Shown one piece after another: positions 8,477 through 16,226 of a stretch of 64,000 nucleotides of DNA; position 1 is the first letter of the stretch; each line of letters begins with the position of its first letter. The position numbers were made by a program, and so were the translations under genes. Below the pieces are notes generated by a model. It saw nothing but the letters and a program-made list of their open reading frames with translations, was not told where the DNA came from and ran no database searches. This DNA is from Candidatus Flemingiibacterium sp. (GTDB taxonomy: Bacteria; Bacillota; Clostridia; Oscillospirales; CAG-272), in contig JAZQXA010000097.1 in assembly GCA_045632605.1 (NCBI GenBank), positions 18,020 to 82,019 of the forward strand, written 5' to 3'.

Positions 8477-10942
8477 ATGCTGCCACTTGACAAGCTGTCC
8501 GAAGAAGCGCGTATCGGATTTGACGAACGAGGGATAGATTCGGGTAAATTCGATATTGTACTCGAACTTGATCTTGATCATGAAGGAAATTTCGGAGAGA
8601 CGTTCCTCGCTTTCAGCAGTGAAGAAAAAAAGCTTTGGGCGATGTCGGTAACGTCAGACAACGACACTGTAGAAAAACGCAAGAAGGCACGAAAAGCAGC
8701 AGAAGCTGCAAAGGCGAAGTCAGACAAAAAGGCGAAAGAGAAGAATGATGAAGCATTCACACCCGACCTTTACAAAAATGCGGTACTGCGTGTTTTTGAT
8801 ATGAAGCGTGTTTCGGATGCTTATGTTGACAATTTTGTTTCGTCAAACCGTTTGCTTGCCAAGGATCATCCTCACGAAATTGAGATTACTCCAAGTGATG
8901 TAAAGCTTGATTACGACGAGGAAAAGAAACTTCAGAAGAAGCGCGATGAGGATGCAACAACTGTTATCATCGCATATTCGACAAATGCTAAAAAACGCAA
9001 GCTCTTTGCATTCGTTGACCTCATGAACCGCCTTATCAGAGGTGATGATGTCAAGGACGATGACCCTATTTTCGAGCAATTTAACGCTAAATGCCCGAAA
9101 TGCGGACGTGTTTACGATGACCAGGAGCGAAAAATTTGTAATCACTGCACCAATCGCAAAGCGGTATTTGTAAGACTTCTCGGATATTTTAAGCCATTCA
9201 AGATCCAGCTTATCACAGTGCTTATCTGCATGCTTGCTACATCCGGCATACAGCTTATAAACCCGATAATTTCAAATCTAATACTCTACGACCAGGTTAT
9301 CTCCGAGCCAGGATTTATCGCCGGGAAAGAGGTTGGTACGCTTCACAGCGAAAACTGGCTTCTTATTGTGGTCGGCGGAATATTTGCCATAGCTTTGCTG
9401 TCACTTGGCGTTTCGATACTCCAGAACCGCGCAAATGCCACCATGTCAACAAAGGTGACGCTTAATATGAAGCTCGATATATTCACGGCGCTGCAAAATC
9501 TTTCACTGTCGTTCTTCAATAATAACCAGACGGGACGACTCATTACGAGAGTTAATTACGATGCTGACAGAATACGTGCATTTTTCATCGACGGTGTGCC
9601 GAATTTTGTTATAAACGCTGTTAACTTTATCGGTCTTACGATTTTCCTGTTTATCCTTAACTGGAAGCTGACGCTTATTGTCTTTATTCCGGTTCCGATA
9701 ATTGTCTGCATATTCAAATTCATGCTCCCGAAGCTTTGGAGAATGTATTCGAAGCAGTGGCGGCGTTCTTCGAGTCTTAACGCAATTCTTGGTGATTCGC
9801 TTACCGGTGTTCGAGTAGTTAAGGCGTTTTCAAAAGAAGCAGAGGAAACAGCACGCTTCTATGAGTATGCCGAGAGATTGACCAAAGCAAACTTGCAGAC
9901 GAATCTCGTTTCGCTGACTATTTTCCCGGTAGTCGGACTGCTTATCGGACTTTCGAGCCAGGTTATCTGGGGATTCGGCGGTCTTGAGGTTATGGGCAAG
10001 AACATGACATACGGTGACTTTGCGACATATCTCGGTTACATCGGAATGATTTTCGGACCGCTTAATTTCTTTACGAATTTTACAAATATGATAACCGATA
10101 CGGCAAACTGTGCACAGCGTATGTTTGAGATAGTTGATGCCGTTCCCGAAATAACCGACGCAAAAGACCCGATACATCTTGAAAAACTGAATGGCGATAT
10201 TGAATTTAAAAATGTCTGCTTCCATTATGCGGCAAACAGACCGATTCTCAAAAACGTGTCACTCAAAATTAATGCCGGTGACCACATCGGACTTGTAGGT
10301 CATACGGGAAGCGGAAAATCGACTATCGCAAATCTAATAAACCGACTTTACGACACGATAAGCGGCTCGATACATATTGACGGTTATAACGTCAAGGAGA
10401 TTGAAATGCAGTCGCTCAGAAAAAATATTTCAATCGTATCGCAGGAGATATTCCTTTTTAAAGGAACTATCGCTGATAATATCCGTTATGCAAGACCGGA
10501 AGCGACTATGGATGAAATCATTGCGGCGTCAAAGGCTGCGAATGCTCACGATTTTATTCTTCGTCTGCCGGAAGGTTACGAAACCCTCGTCGGTACGGGA
10601 AGCCGTTCGCTTTCGGGCGGTGAAAAACAGCGTATTTCAATTGCCCGTGCACTGCTGCTTGCTCCGTCGATACTGATTCTTGATGAAGCAACTGCGGCGA
10701 TGGACACGGAAACAGAGCGTCTTATTCAGGATGCGCTCTCCGAGCTTATCAAGGGACGTACCACTATTACCATTGCACACAGACTTTCAACGCTGAAAGA
10801 CTGTAACCACCTTTTTGTAATTGAAAACGGCGAGATTGCCGAGGAAGGCTCACACGCCGAGCTTCTTGCGAAAAAGGGAGTATTCTTCAGACTCTATACA
10901 CTTCAGAATGAGGCGAACAAAAAGATTATCGCCGGAATGTGA
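8477..10942 (+). CDS. ABC exporter half-transporter (TMD+NBD) with ~250-aa cytoplasmic N-terminal extension ending in a 4-Cys zinc ribbon
   Basis: 821 aa. Walker A GHTGSGKST, signature LSGGEKQR, Walker B ILILDEATAAMD, H-loop IAHRLST. Six TM helices begin after about aa 250. The ribbon CPKCGRVYDDQERKICNHC is encoded at 9092-9148. Confidence 0.9.
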   Translation: MLPLDKLSEEARIGFDERGIDSGKFDIVLELDLDHEGNFGETFLAFSSEEKKLWAMSVTSDNDTVEKRKKARKAAEAAKAKSDKKAKEKNDEAFTPDLYKNAVLRVFDMKRVSDAYVDNFVSSNRLLAKDHPHEIEITPSDVKLDYDEEKKLQKKRDEDATTVIIAYSTNAKKRKLFAFVDLMNRLIRGDDVKDDDPIFEQFNAKCPKCGRVYDDQERKICNHCTNRKAVFVRLLGYFKPFKIQLITVLICMLATSGIQLINPIISNLILYDQVISEPGFIAGKEVGTLHSENWLLIVVGGIFAIALLSLGVSILQNRANATMSTKVTLNMKLDIFTALQNLSLSFFNNNQTGRLITRVNYDADRIRAFFIDGVPNFVINAVNFIGLTIFLFILNWKLTLIVFIPVPIIVCIFKFMLPKLWRMYSKQWRRSSSLNAILGDSLTGVRVVKAFSKEAEETARFYEYAERLTKANLQTNLVSLTIFPVVGLLIGLSSQVIWGFGGLEVMGKNMTYGDFATYLGYIGMIFGPLNFFTNFTNMITDTANCAQRMFEIVDAVPEITDAKDPIHLEKLNGDIEFKNVCFHYAANRPILKNVSLKINAGDHIGLVGHTGSGKSTIANLINRLYDTISGSIHIDGYNVKEIEMQSLRKNISIVSQEIFLFKGTIADNIRYARPEATMDEIIAASKAANAHDFILRLPEGYETLVGTGSRSLSGGEKQRISIARALLLAPSILILDEATAAMDTETERLIQDALSELIKGRTTITIAHRLSTLKDCNHLFVIENGEIAEEGSHAELLAKKGVFFRLYTLQNEANKKIIAGM

Positions 10943-10959
10943 TAAGGGAGGACAATATC

Positions 10960-11577
10960 ATGGCAGAAGTTAAGAAAACAGTCGAAAAAGCTAACACCAA
11001 GCCGAAAAACGATATTCTCGGTGACGGAGATGACGGCGACTTAATACTCGAAAACGAGCGTGTTTCAATCGACCTTAATCCAGATAATGCAAAATTCAGC
11101 CGTTCGGGCGGTGACCTTATTTCGCTTGAAATTGTTAACAGTGAGGGGGAAATCGAAAAATTTGAGCGTGTTGTTGTACTTCGCTCGTTCCCGGTTACAA
11201 ATCCCGATGAGTTTTTGTCTGTGCGTGAGCCTGACTCGAAAAAGCAGGGACGCGGCAAGGAAATCGGTATGATACGCCGTATCACCGATTTTGACGGGGA
11301 AACACGCACGCTTCTTTTGGAGGAGCTTGACCGAAGATATTTCACTCCGCAGATTAAGCGTATTTTTTCGGTAAAGGATAAGTTTGGCTATCTTTACTGG
11401 GAGGCTGAAACAACTGCAGGACACGTTACGTTTGTAATGAACAATCCTTTTTCAAACATCCGTGTGCTTGAGGACGGAAGAATACTCATTAATGATATTG
11501 ACGGAAATGTTTTTGAGATACACTCTTCCGAAAAACTTGATGCGGCAAGTCTTAAAAAGATAGAAATCTACCTCTGA
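10960..11577 (+). CDS. DUF1854-like soluble protein encoded between the two ABC genes
   Basis: From ORF 10939..11577 (GTG). I prefer ATG 10960, 7 nt after AAGGGAGGA. It has no TM segment. The blocks RSFPVTNPDEFLSV, LLLEELDRRYFTPQIKRI and FGYLYWEAETTAGHVTF recall DUF1854 from memory. This is not verified. Confidence 0.6.
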   Translation: MAEVKKTVEKANTKPKNDILGDGDDGDLILENERVSIDLNPDNAKFSRSGGDLISLEIVNSEGEIEKFERVVVLRSFPVTNPDEFLSVREPDSKKQGRGKEIGMIRRITDFDGETRTLLLEELDRRYFTPQIKRIFSVKDKFGYLYWEAETTAGHVTFVMNNPFSNIRVLEDGRILINDIDGNVFEIHSSEKLDAASLKKIEIYL

Positions 11578-11601
11578 TAATTAAGGGAAGGAAGTGAGTC
11601 T

Positions 11602-13836
11602 ATGCGACTTATGTTTGAACTGCCCGAAAAAGAGAGGGCAGTATTCGATTCGGCGGTGCAGAGCGATGAAAAGCTCATGTACTGCATCCCGTTTAATATT
11701 CTTGAAGACAGATTTGTATCCGGTTTTATTGCAATAACGAACAGGAAAATTTATAAAATCCTCGATGACAGTCTGCTCGCGGAATATAATATCGCAGGTG
11801 CGACCGGCTTCAAAACAGAGGTTATGTACGGAAGCTGCGGATTTTACGCCGATTTCGGAGAGGGAACGACACTTATCTGTCAGTTTATTTCGGGACGTCA
11901 TTTGCCGAGATATGCTGTAATCGTAAAGGCTTGTGAGATACTCGCCGAGGATTCATCAAAGGATGAGCCCATAACCAACTCGGAAAAGGAGCGTTTCTGC
12001 CCGAAGTGCGGACGTCCGTTTGTTCGAGGAACCAATATTTGTCCGTATTGCCTTGACCACATGGAGGTTTATAAAAAAATCTTCGCGATGACAAAGGGAC
12101 TCAGGCTTATGATGTGCTTTCCGTTCATCGTCGCCGTATTCAACGTAATTTTCCAGTTCGTTGTACCGCATATTCAGAAGATTGCGCTTAATAATTATAT
12201 CCTCGATGAAGCAAAATACGGTCAGGCTGACATGATGACTGAGTTTATACTCATCGTTGCGGCGATTGTTTCGCTTGATTTGTTCCACCGTGCGCTTGCT
12301 GTGCTTCAAAGCCGTTTGTCGGCGATAACCGGTAACCGCTTTACACTCATGATGCGTACACTGCTTTATGAAAAGATACAGTCCCTCTCGCTGTCATCCG
12401 TTCAGCGAAAATCAACGGGTGACCTTATGGGACGTATAAACGGTGACGTAAACGTGGCGCAGGACTTTATCGTAAATCAGCTTCCGAATCTGTTTGTTCA
12501 GGTCTTTTCGTTCCTTACGGGACTTGTTGTCATGCTGGTGATAAGCCCGATAATGGCACTGTTTGTCTTTGTTCCGATTCCGTTTGTGGTGTTTCTCATT
12601 TCGAAATTCTGGAAGTCGGTACAGCTTCGCAACCGCCGTTTGTGGGTGCTTGGTCAGAGAACAAATCATCTGCTTCAGGACATACTTAACGGTATACGTG
12701 TCGTAAAGTGCTTCGGACGTGAGGAAAGTGAAATCAAACGCTTCAAGGATGCCTCTGTAAAACACGCGAGTCAGAATGAAAAGAACGCAAAGGTGTTCGA
12801 TACAATATTTCCTCTGCTCGGATTTGCGATAAAGCTGGGAAGTTATTTTATTCTTTGGTACGGAAACTGGCAGCTCTTCCACGGTGAAATGCTTGTCGGT
12901 GAACTGCACCAGATAAACTCTTATGCAAATATCATCTATGCACCGCTTATGTACATAACATTTATTCCGCGAAATATTTCGAACTTCCTTACAAGTCTGT
13001 CGAAGATTTTCGAAATAATCGAGGAAAATCAGGAGGTGCAGGATATTGACCTGCCGATTGATATACGCATTGAGGGTGAGGTTGATATTAAGAATGTGAC
13101 ATTCGGTTACGAGAGCTACAATCCCGTACTCGAAAATGTCAGCTTCCATGTTGAACCCGGCGAGATGATAGGTATTGTTGGACATTCCGGCTCGGGAAAG
13201 ACTACTCTTATCAATCTTCTTATGCGACTTTATGACGTAAACGAGGGCGAGATAATCATTGATGGCGTAAATATAAAGGATATTTCGCAGAATGCGCTTC
13301 GCACACAGATTGGTGTTGTGCTTCAGGAAACATTCCTTTTCAGCGGAACTATACGCGATAATATCCGCTATGCTATGCCGCACGCGACGGACGAGCAGGT
13401 TATCGCTGCCGCACGCATTGCAAATGCACATGATTTTATTCTCAATTTGCCAGAGGGTTACAACACGTTGGTCGGCGAAAAGGGATATTCGCTTTCCGGC
13501 GGTGAGCGTCAGCGTATTGCGATTGCACGTGCGGTCATACATAATCCGCGAATACTTATTCTCGACGAGGCAACCGCCGCGCTTGACACCGAAACGGAGA
13601 AGCTGATTCAGGATTCGCTTAACAAGCTGACCGAGAACAGAACGGTTTTTGCTATAGCACACCGTCTTTCAACGCTTCGAAATGCGGACAAGCTGCTTGT
13701 GCTTGACAAGGGACGTGTTGCGGAATTCGGAACACACGCCGAGCTTCTCGAAAATCACGGAATTTATTACAAGCTTGTTATGGCACAGCGTAAGATGGCG
13801 CAGTCGGTCGTTGAACAGCAGGGAATTGCAAACTGA
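11602..13836 (+). CDS. ABC exporter half-transporter (TMD+NBD) with ~165-aa cytoplasmic N-terminal extension ending in a 4-Cys zinc ribbon
   Basis: 744 aa. Walker A GHSGSGKTT, signature LSGGERQR, Walker B ILILDEATAALD, H-loop IAHRLST. The ribbon CPKCGRPFVRGTNICPYC is encoded at 11998-12051, just before TM1. Confidence 0.9.
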   Translation: MRLMFELPEKERAVFDSAVQSDEKLMYCIPFNILEDRFVSGFIAITNRKIYKILDDSLLAEYNIAGATGFKTEVMYGSCGFYADFGEGTTLICQFISGRHLPRYAVIVKACEILAEDSSKDEPITNSEKERFCPKCGRPFVRGTNICPYCLDHMEVYKKIFAMTKGLRLMMCFPFIVAVFNVIFQFVVPHIQKIALNNYILDEAKYGQADMMTEFILIVAAIVSLDLFHRALAVLQSRLSAITGNRFTLMMRTLLYEKIQSLSLSSVQRKSTGDLMGRINGDVNVAQDFIVNQLPNLFVQVFSFLTGLVVMLVISPIMALFVFVPIPFVVFLISKFWKSVQLRNRRLWVLGQRTNHLLQDILNGIRVVKCFGREESEIKRFKDASVKHASQNEKNAKVFDTIFPLLGFAIKLGSYFILWYGNWQLFHGEMLVGELHQINSYANIIYAPLMYITFIPRNISNFLTSLSKIFEIIEENQEVQDIDLPIDIRIEGEVDIKNVTFGYESYNPVLENVSFHVEPGEMIGIVGHSGSGKTTLINLLMRLYDVNEGEIIIDGVNIKDISQNALRTQIGVVLQETFLFSGTIRDNIRYAMPHATDEQVIAAARIANAHDFILNLPEGYNTLVGEKGYSLSGGERQRIAIARAVIHNPRILILDEATAALDTETEKLIQDSLNKLTENRTVFAIAHRLSTLRNADKLLVLDKGRVAEFGTHAELLENHGIYYKLVMAQRKMAQSVVEQQGIAN

Positions 13837-13863
13837 CATAAATTTTTGCATGAGGATAAAGAT

Positions 13864-14838
13864 ATGAATCTTAACTTGGAACAAATAAAATCTGTTACAT
13901 TTGGTGCTGTTGATATAACCGAGAATGACGGAGAATTTTCATTTTTCCGATTTACAAAGGAACAAACGAAAATTTATCCGAAATATCGTCCTTCTGACTA
14001 TGATGAACGAAGTCTCACAACAGCAGGAATACGGTTTTCCTTTGTAACTGATTCATCTATGTTTTCATTTGACAGTTCTCATAATAGAGAATGGAGTGCG
14101 GCATATTCTTATTTCGATGTTTATGTAAACGGTTCTTTGGTCGGACACTTTGGACTGAATCACGGCGAAAAAAATTCTCATGCCGAGGTTATGTTGCCGG
14201 GCGGAAACAATGCGATTGAAGTATATTTCCCCTGGAGTAAGGCGGCGTCCGTTTCAAATGTGACACTTGATGACGGAGCAACACTTATACCTAAAAAAAG
14301 GGACAAGGTTGCAATAAACTACGGCGATTCGATAACTCACGGCTATTATGCTGAATATCCGTCGCTGTCATATGCATCACGGATATCACGAGTGCTCGGT
14401 CTTGATTCCTATAACAAGGCTATCGGAGGAGATAAATTTTTTCCGGAGATACTTGAGCTTGATGAGCCCGTTAATCCTGAAATTATCACCGTTGCTTACG
14501 GTATAAATGATTGGTGTACGCAAACTCGCGAGGAACTTACTCATTTTAGCCGTGAATATCTTGTAAGGGTGTCGAAAAAATTTCCGGATGCGAAGATTTT
14601 TGTTATATCCCCAATTTGGCATAAGGGTGGGTATTCGGAAAAGTTTGGCGGAAAATATACCGAGGTACACAGTATTCTTGAAAACAACACATCCGACCTT
14701 GACAATATCATTCTTATTGACGGTAATAAGCTAACACCCCACAACGAAAATTTCTATACTGACGGTACACATCCAAATGACATTTGTTTCAGTATTCACG
14801 CTGAAAATTTAATTCGGGAAATCCGGAAGTATATTTAA
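13864..14838 (+). CDS. SGNH/GDSL family hydrolase with N-terminal beta-rich domain
   Basis: From ORF 13846 (TTG). I prefer ATG 13864, 7 nt after GAGGA. Block I is INYGDSITHGY, block III YGINDW, block V TDGTHPND. Confidence 0.75.
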   Translation: MNLNLEQIKSVTFGAVDITENDGEFSFFRFTKEQTKIYPKYRPSDYDERSLTTAGIRFSFVTDSSMFSFDSSHNREWSAAYSYFDVYVNGSLVGHFGLNHGEKNSHAEVMLPGGNNAIEVYFPWSKAASVSNVTLDDGATLIPKKRDKVAINYGDSITHGYYAEYPSLSYASRISRVLGLDSYNKAIGGDKFFPEILELDEPVNPEIITVAYGINDWCTQTREELTHFSREYLVRVSKKFPDAKIFVISPIWHKGGYSEKFGGKYTEVHSILENNTSDLDNIILIDGNKLTPHNENFYTDGTHPNDICFSIHAENLIREIRKYI

Positions 14839-14859
14839 TAATGCAAAGAGAGGTATATA

Positions 14860-15648
14860 ATGAAAGCATATGAACTTATTGACGAACTTTGCTCCTTTTC
14901 GGAAAAATTTGATAAATCAAGCACAGTTGATACATATAACATTGGTTCTTCGGAGGTTGAAATCTCAAAGGTTGCCGTTACCATGTTCGCAACGCCGTAT
15001 GTTGTTACAGCGGCACACGAATGGGGAGCAGAGCTTGTTATTACGCATGAGCCGCTCTGGTATAACCATGCCGGTCATAAGTCAGACGAAAAGCTTGAGT
15101 GCGAAAAGCGCAGCTTTATCGAAAAAACAGGTATGACGGTTTTTCGCTTTCACGACCATCCGCATTATACAAAGCCGGATATCATCGCGGAGGGGGAATT
15201 GAAGGCTATGGGACTCACGGGGCGAGTTGAGTATACCGATGAATTTGACCTTGTTCGTCTTACGCTTGATGAGCCTATGACCGCGCTGGAACTCGCAAAG
15301 CACATCGAAAAAACGCTTGGTATTCGGCGAGTGGCAATCTGCGGTGAGAGGGACAAAAAATCAACGAAGATTTCGTGTATGTTTGGCGCACCCGGAACGC
15401 AGATTTATGAAATTGCAAAGGATGAATGTGAGATACTTTTAACCGGCGAAGCGTGGGAATGGCGGCTTGGTGAATACGCGAGGGATGCATCACAGCTTGG
15501 ATACAATAAGTCGGTAATATTCATGGGACATATCGGCTCCGAGCGTGAAGGCATGAAATACACTGCCGAAATAATAAAAGAGAAGCATCCCGAGCTTGAC
15601 GTAAAATATTTTGAGTGCGGAGAGGTCTGCACATATACTGACGATTAA
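14860..15648 (+). CDS. Nif3-like dinuclear metal centre family protein
   Basis: 262 aa. His-rich ligand pattern VITHEP, FRFHDHPH and MGHIGSEREG resembles the NIF3/YbgI family. The assignment rests on motifs only. Confidence 0.55.
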   Translation: MKAYELIDELCSFSEKFDKSSTVDTYNIGSSEVEISKVAVTMFATPYVVTAAHEWGAELVITHEPLWYNHAGHKSDEKLECEKRSFIEKTGMTVFRFHDHPHYTKPDIIAEGELKAMGLTGRVEYTDEFDLVRLTLDEPMTALELAKHIEKTLGIRRVAICGERDKKSTKISCMFGAPGTQIYEIAKDECEILLTGEAWEWRLGEYARDASQLGYNKSVIFMGHIGSEREGMKYTAEIIKEKHPELDVKYFECGEVCTYTDD

Positions 15649-15680
15649 AAATATAACTTAATACATAGGAGGACACAATC

Positions 15681-15929
15681 ATGGATGAAATCAAGGAAAA
15701 AATTGAAGCAGTTATTGCAAAATTAAAGGGCGACGGTAACCTTATGGCGAAGTTTAAGAGTAACCCGATAGCGGCTCTTGAAGATATTCTCGGTGTTGAC
15801 ATTCCCGACGACATTGCCAAAAAGGTGGTCGACGGGGTTAAGGCAAAGCTTGCGGCAGGGGACATTGCTGACAAAGCAGACGACATCAAGGATGCGATAG
15901 GCGGACTTTTTTCAAAGTTCAAAAAATAA
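15681..15929 (+). CDS. Small Lys/Asp/Ala-rich hypothetical protein (82 aa)
   Basis: RBS AGGAGGA lies 7 nt before ATG 15681. It has no signal peptide or TM segment. A terminator follows at 15938..15970. Confidence 0.6.
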   Translation: MDEIKEKIEAVIAKLKGDGNLMAKFKSNPIAALEDILGVDIPDDIAKKVVDGVKAKLAAGDIADKADDIKDAIGGLFSKFKK

Positions 15930-15937
15930 TTTTTAAA

Positions 15938-15970
15938 GGAAGCTCTCACGCTGTGGGAGCTTCCTTTTTC
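15938..15970 (+). terminator. Intrinsic terminator closing the 8.3-16.0 kb operon
   Basis: Stem GGAAGCTCTCAC pairs with GTGGGAGCTTCC (one G-U pair), followed by TTTTTC. Confidence 0.85.
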
Positions 15971-15989
15971 ACTTTTTGCGAAATACAGC

Positions 15990-16018
15990 TTGACAAAGAC
16001 ATATTAATATAGTATAAT
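15990..16018 (+). promoter_or_regulatory. Consensus sigma-A promoter of the CNNM/CorC transporter gene
   Basis: TTGACA (15990-15995), 17-nt spacer, TATAAT (16013-16018). Confidence 0.75.
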
Positions 16019-16226
16019 AAATTAAATATATACAAAGAAAGAGGTGACAGTCTGAAATGGATGGCGGCGGCCATACGACCCCTCCTTTATGCACGGTGAT
16101 TTCTTGCCCAAAAGCATTTGAAATCTCCGTTTGGGTTACGCTTGAACGCAATCTGCCTTTGCGTGAATGATTTTTGCACAGTGCTTCAATTCGTAATTCA
16201 ATAAAAGTATTTCAGGAGGATTTATT
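16019..16226 (+). promoter_or_regulatory. ~200-nt structured 5' leader: possible metal-sensing riboswitch (M-box-like motifs) and/or a 37-codon uORF
   Basis: The promoter-to-start distance is about 200 nt. Helix CCCAAA (16107-16112) pairs with TTTGGG (16130-16135). Ordered motifs are AGGTGA (16042), GCCCAAAA (16106), TGGGT (16132) and ACAGTGCT (16178). A uORF at 16057..16170 is preceded by GAGGTGA. Confidence 0.4.

Noticed and set aside
12412-13662. 416-aa ORF on the minus strand, entirely inside the second ABC gene
   Set aside because: It is antisense to a gene with unmistakable ABC motifs. It has no RBS, and the translation is low-complexity and Cys/Arg/Tyr-rich with no recognisable domain. 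This is a typical stop-free antisense frame produced by codon bias.
16035-16090. yybP-ykoY (Mn2+) riboswitch in the CNNM leader
   Set aside because: AAAGAGGTGACAG superficially resembles the AAAGGGGAGUAG start of that motif, and it can pair with CCTCCTTT (16081-16088). The enclosed element is only about 50 nt, however, and it lacks the conserved second-half motifs I remember.
15969-16151. 60-aa minus-strand ORF across the CNNM leader
   Set aside because: It lies antisense to a region bracketed by a consensus plus-strand promoter and the CNNM RBS. It has no RBS of its own.
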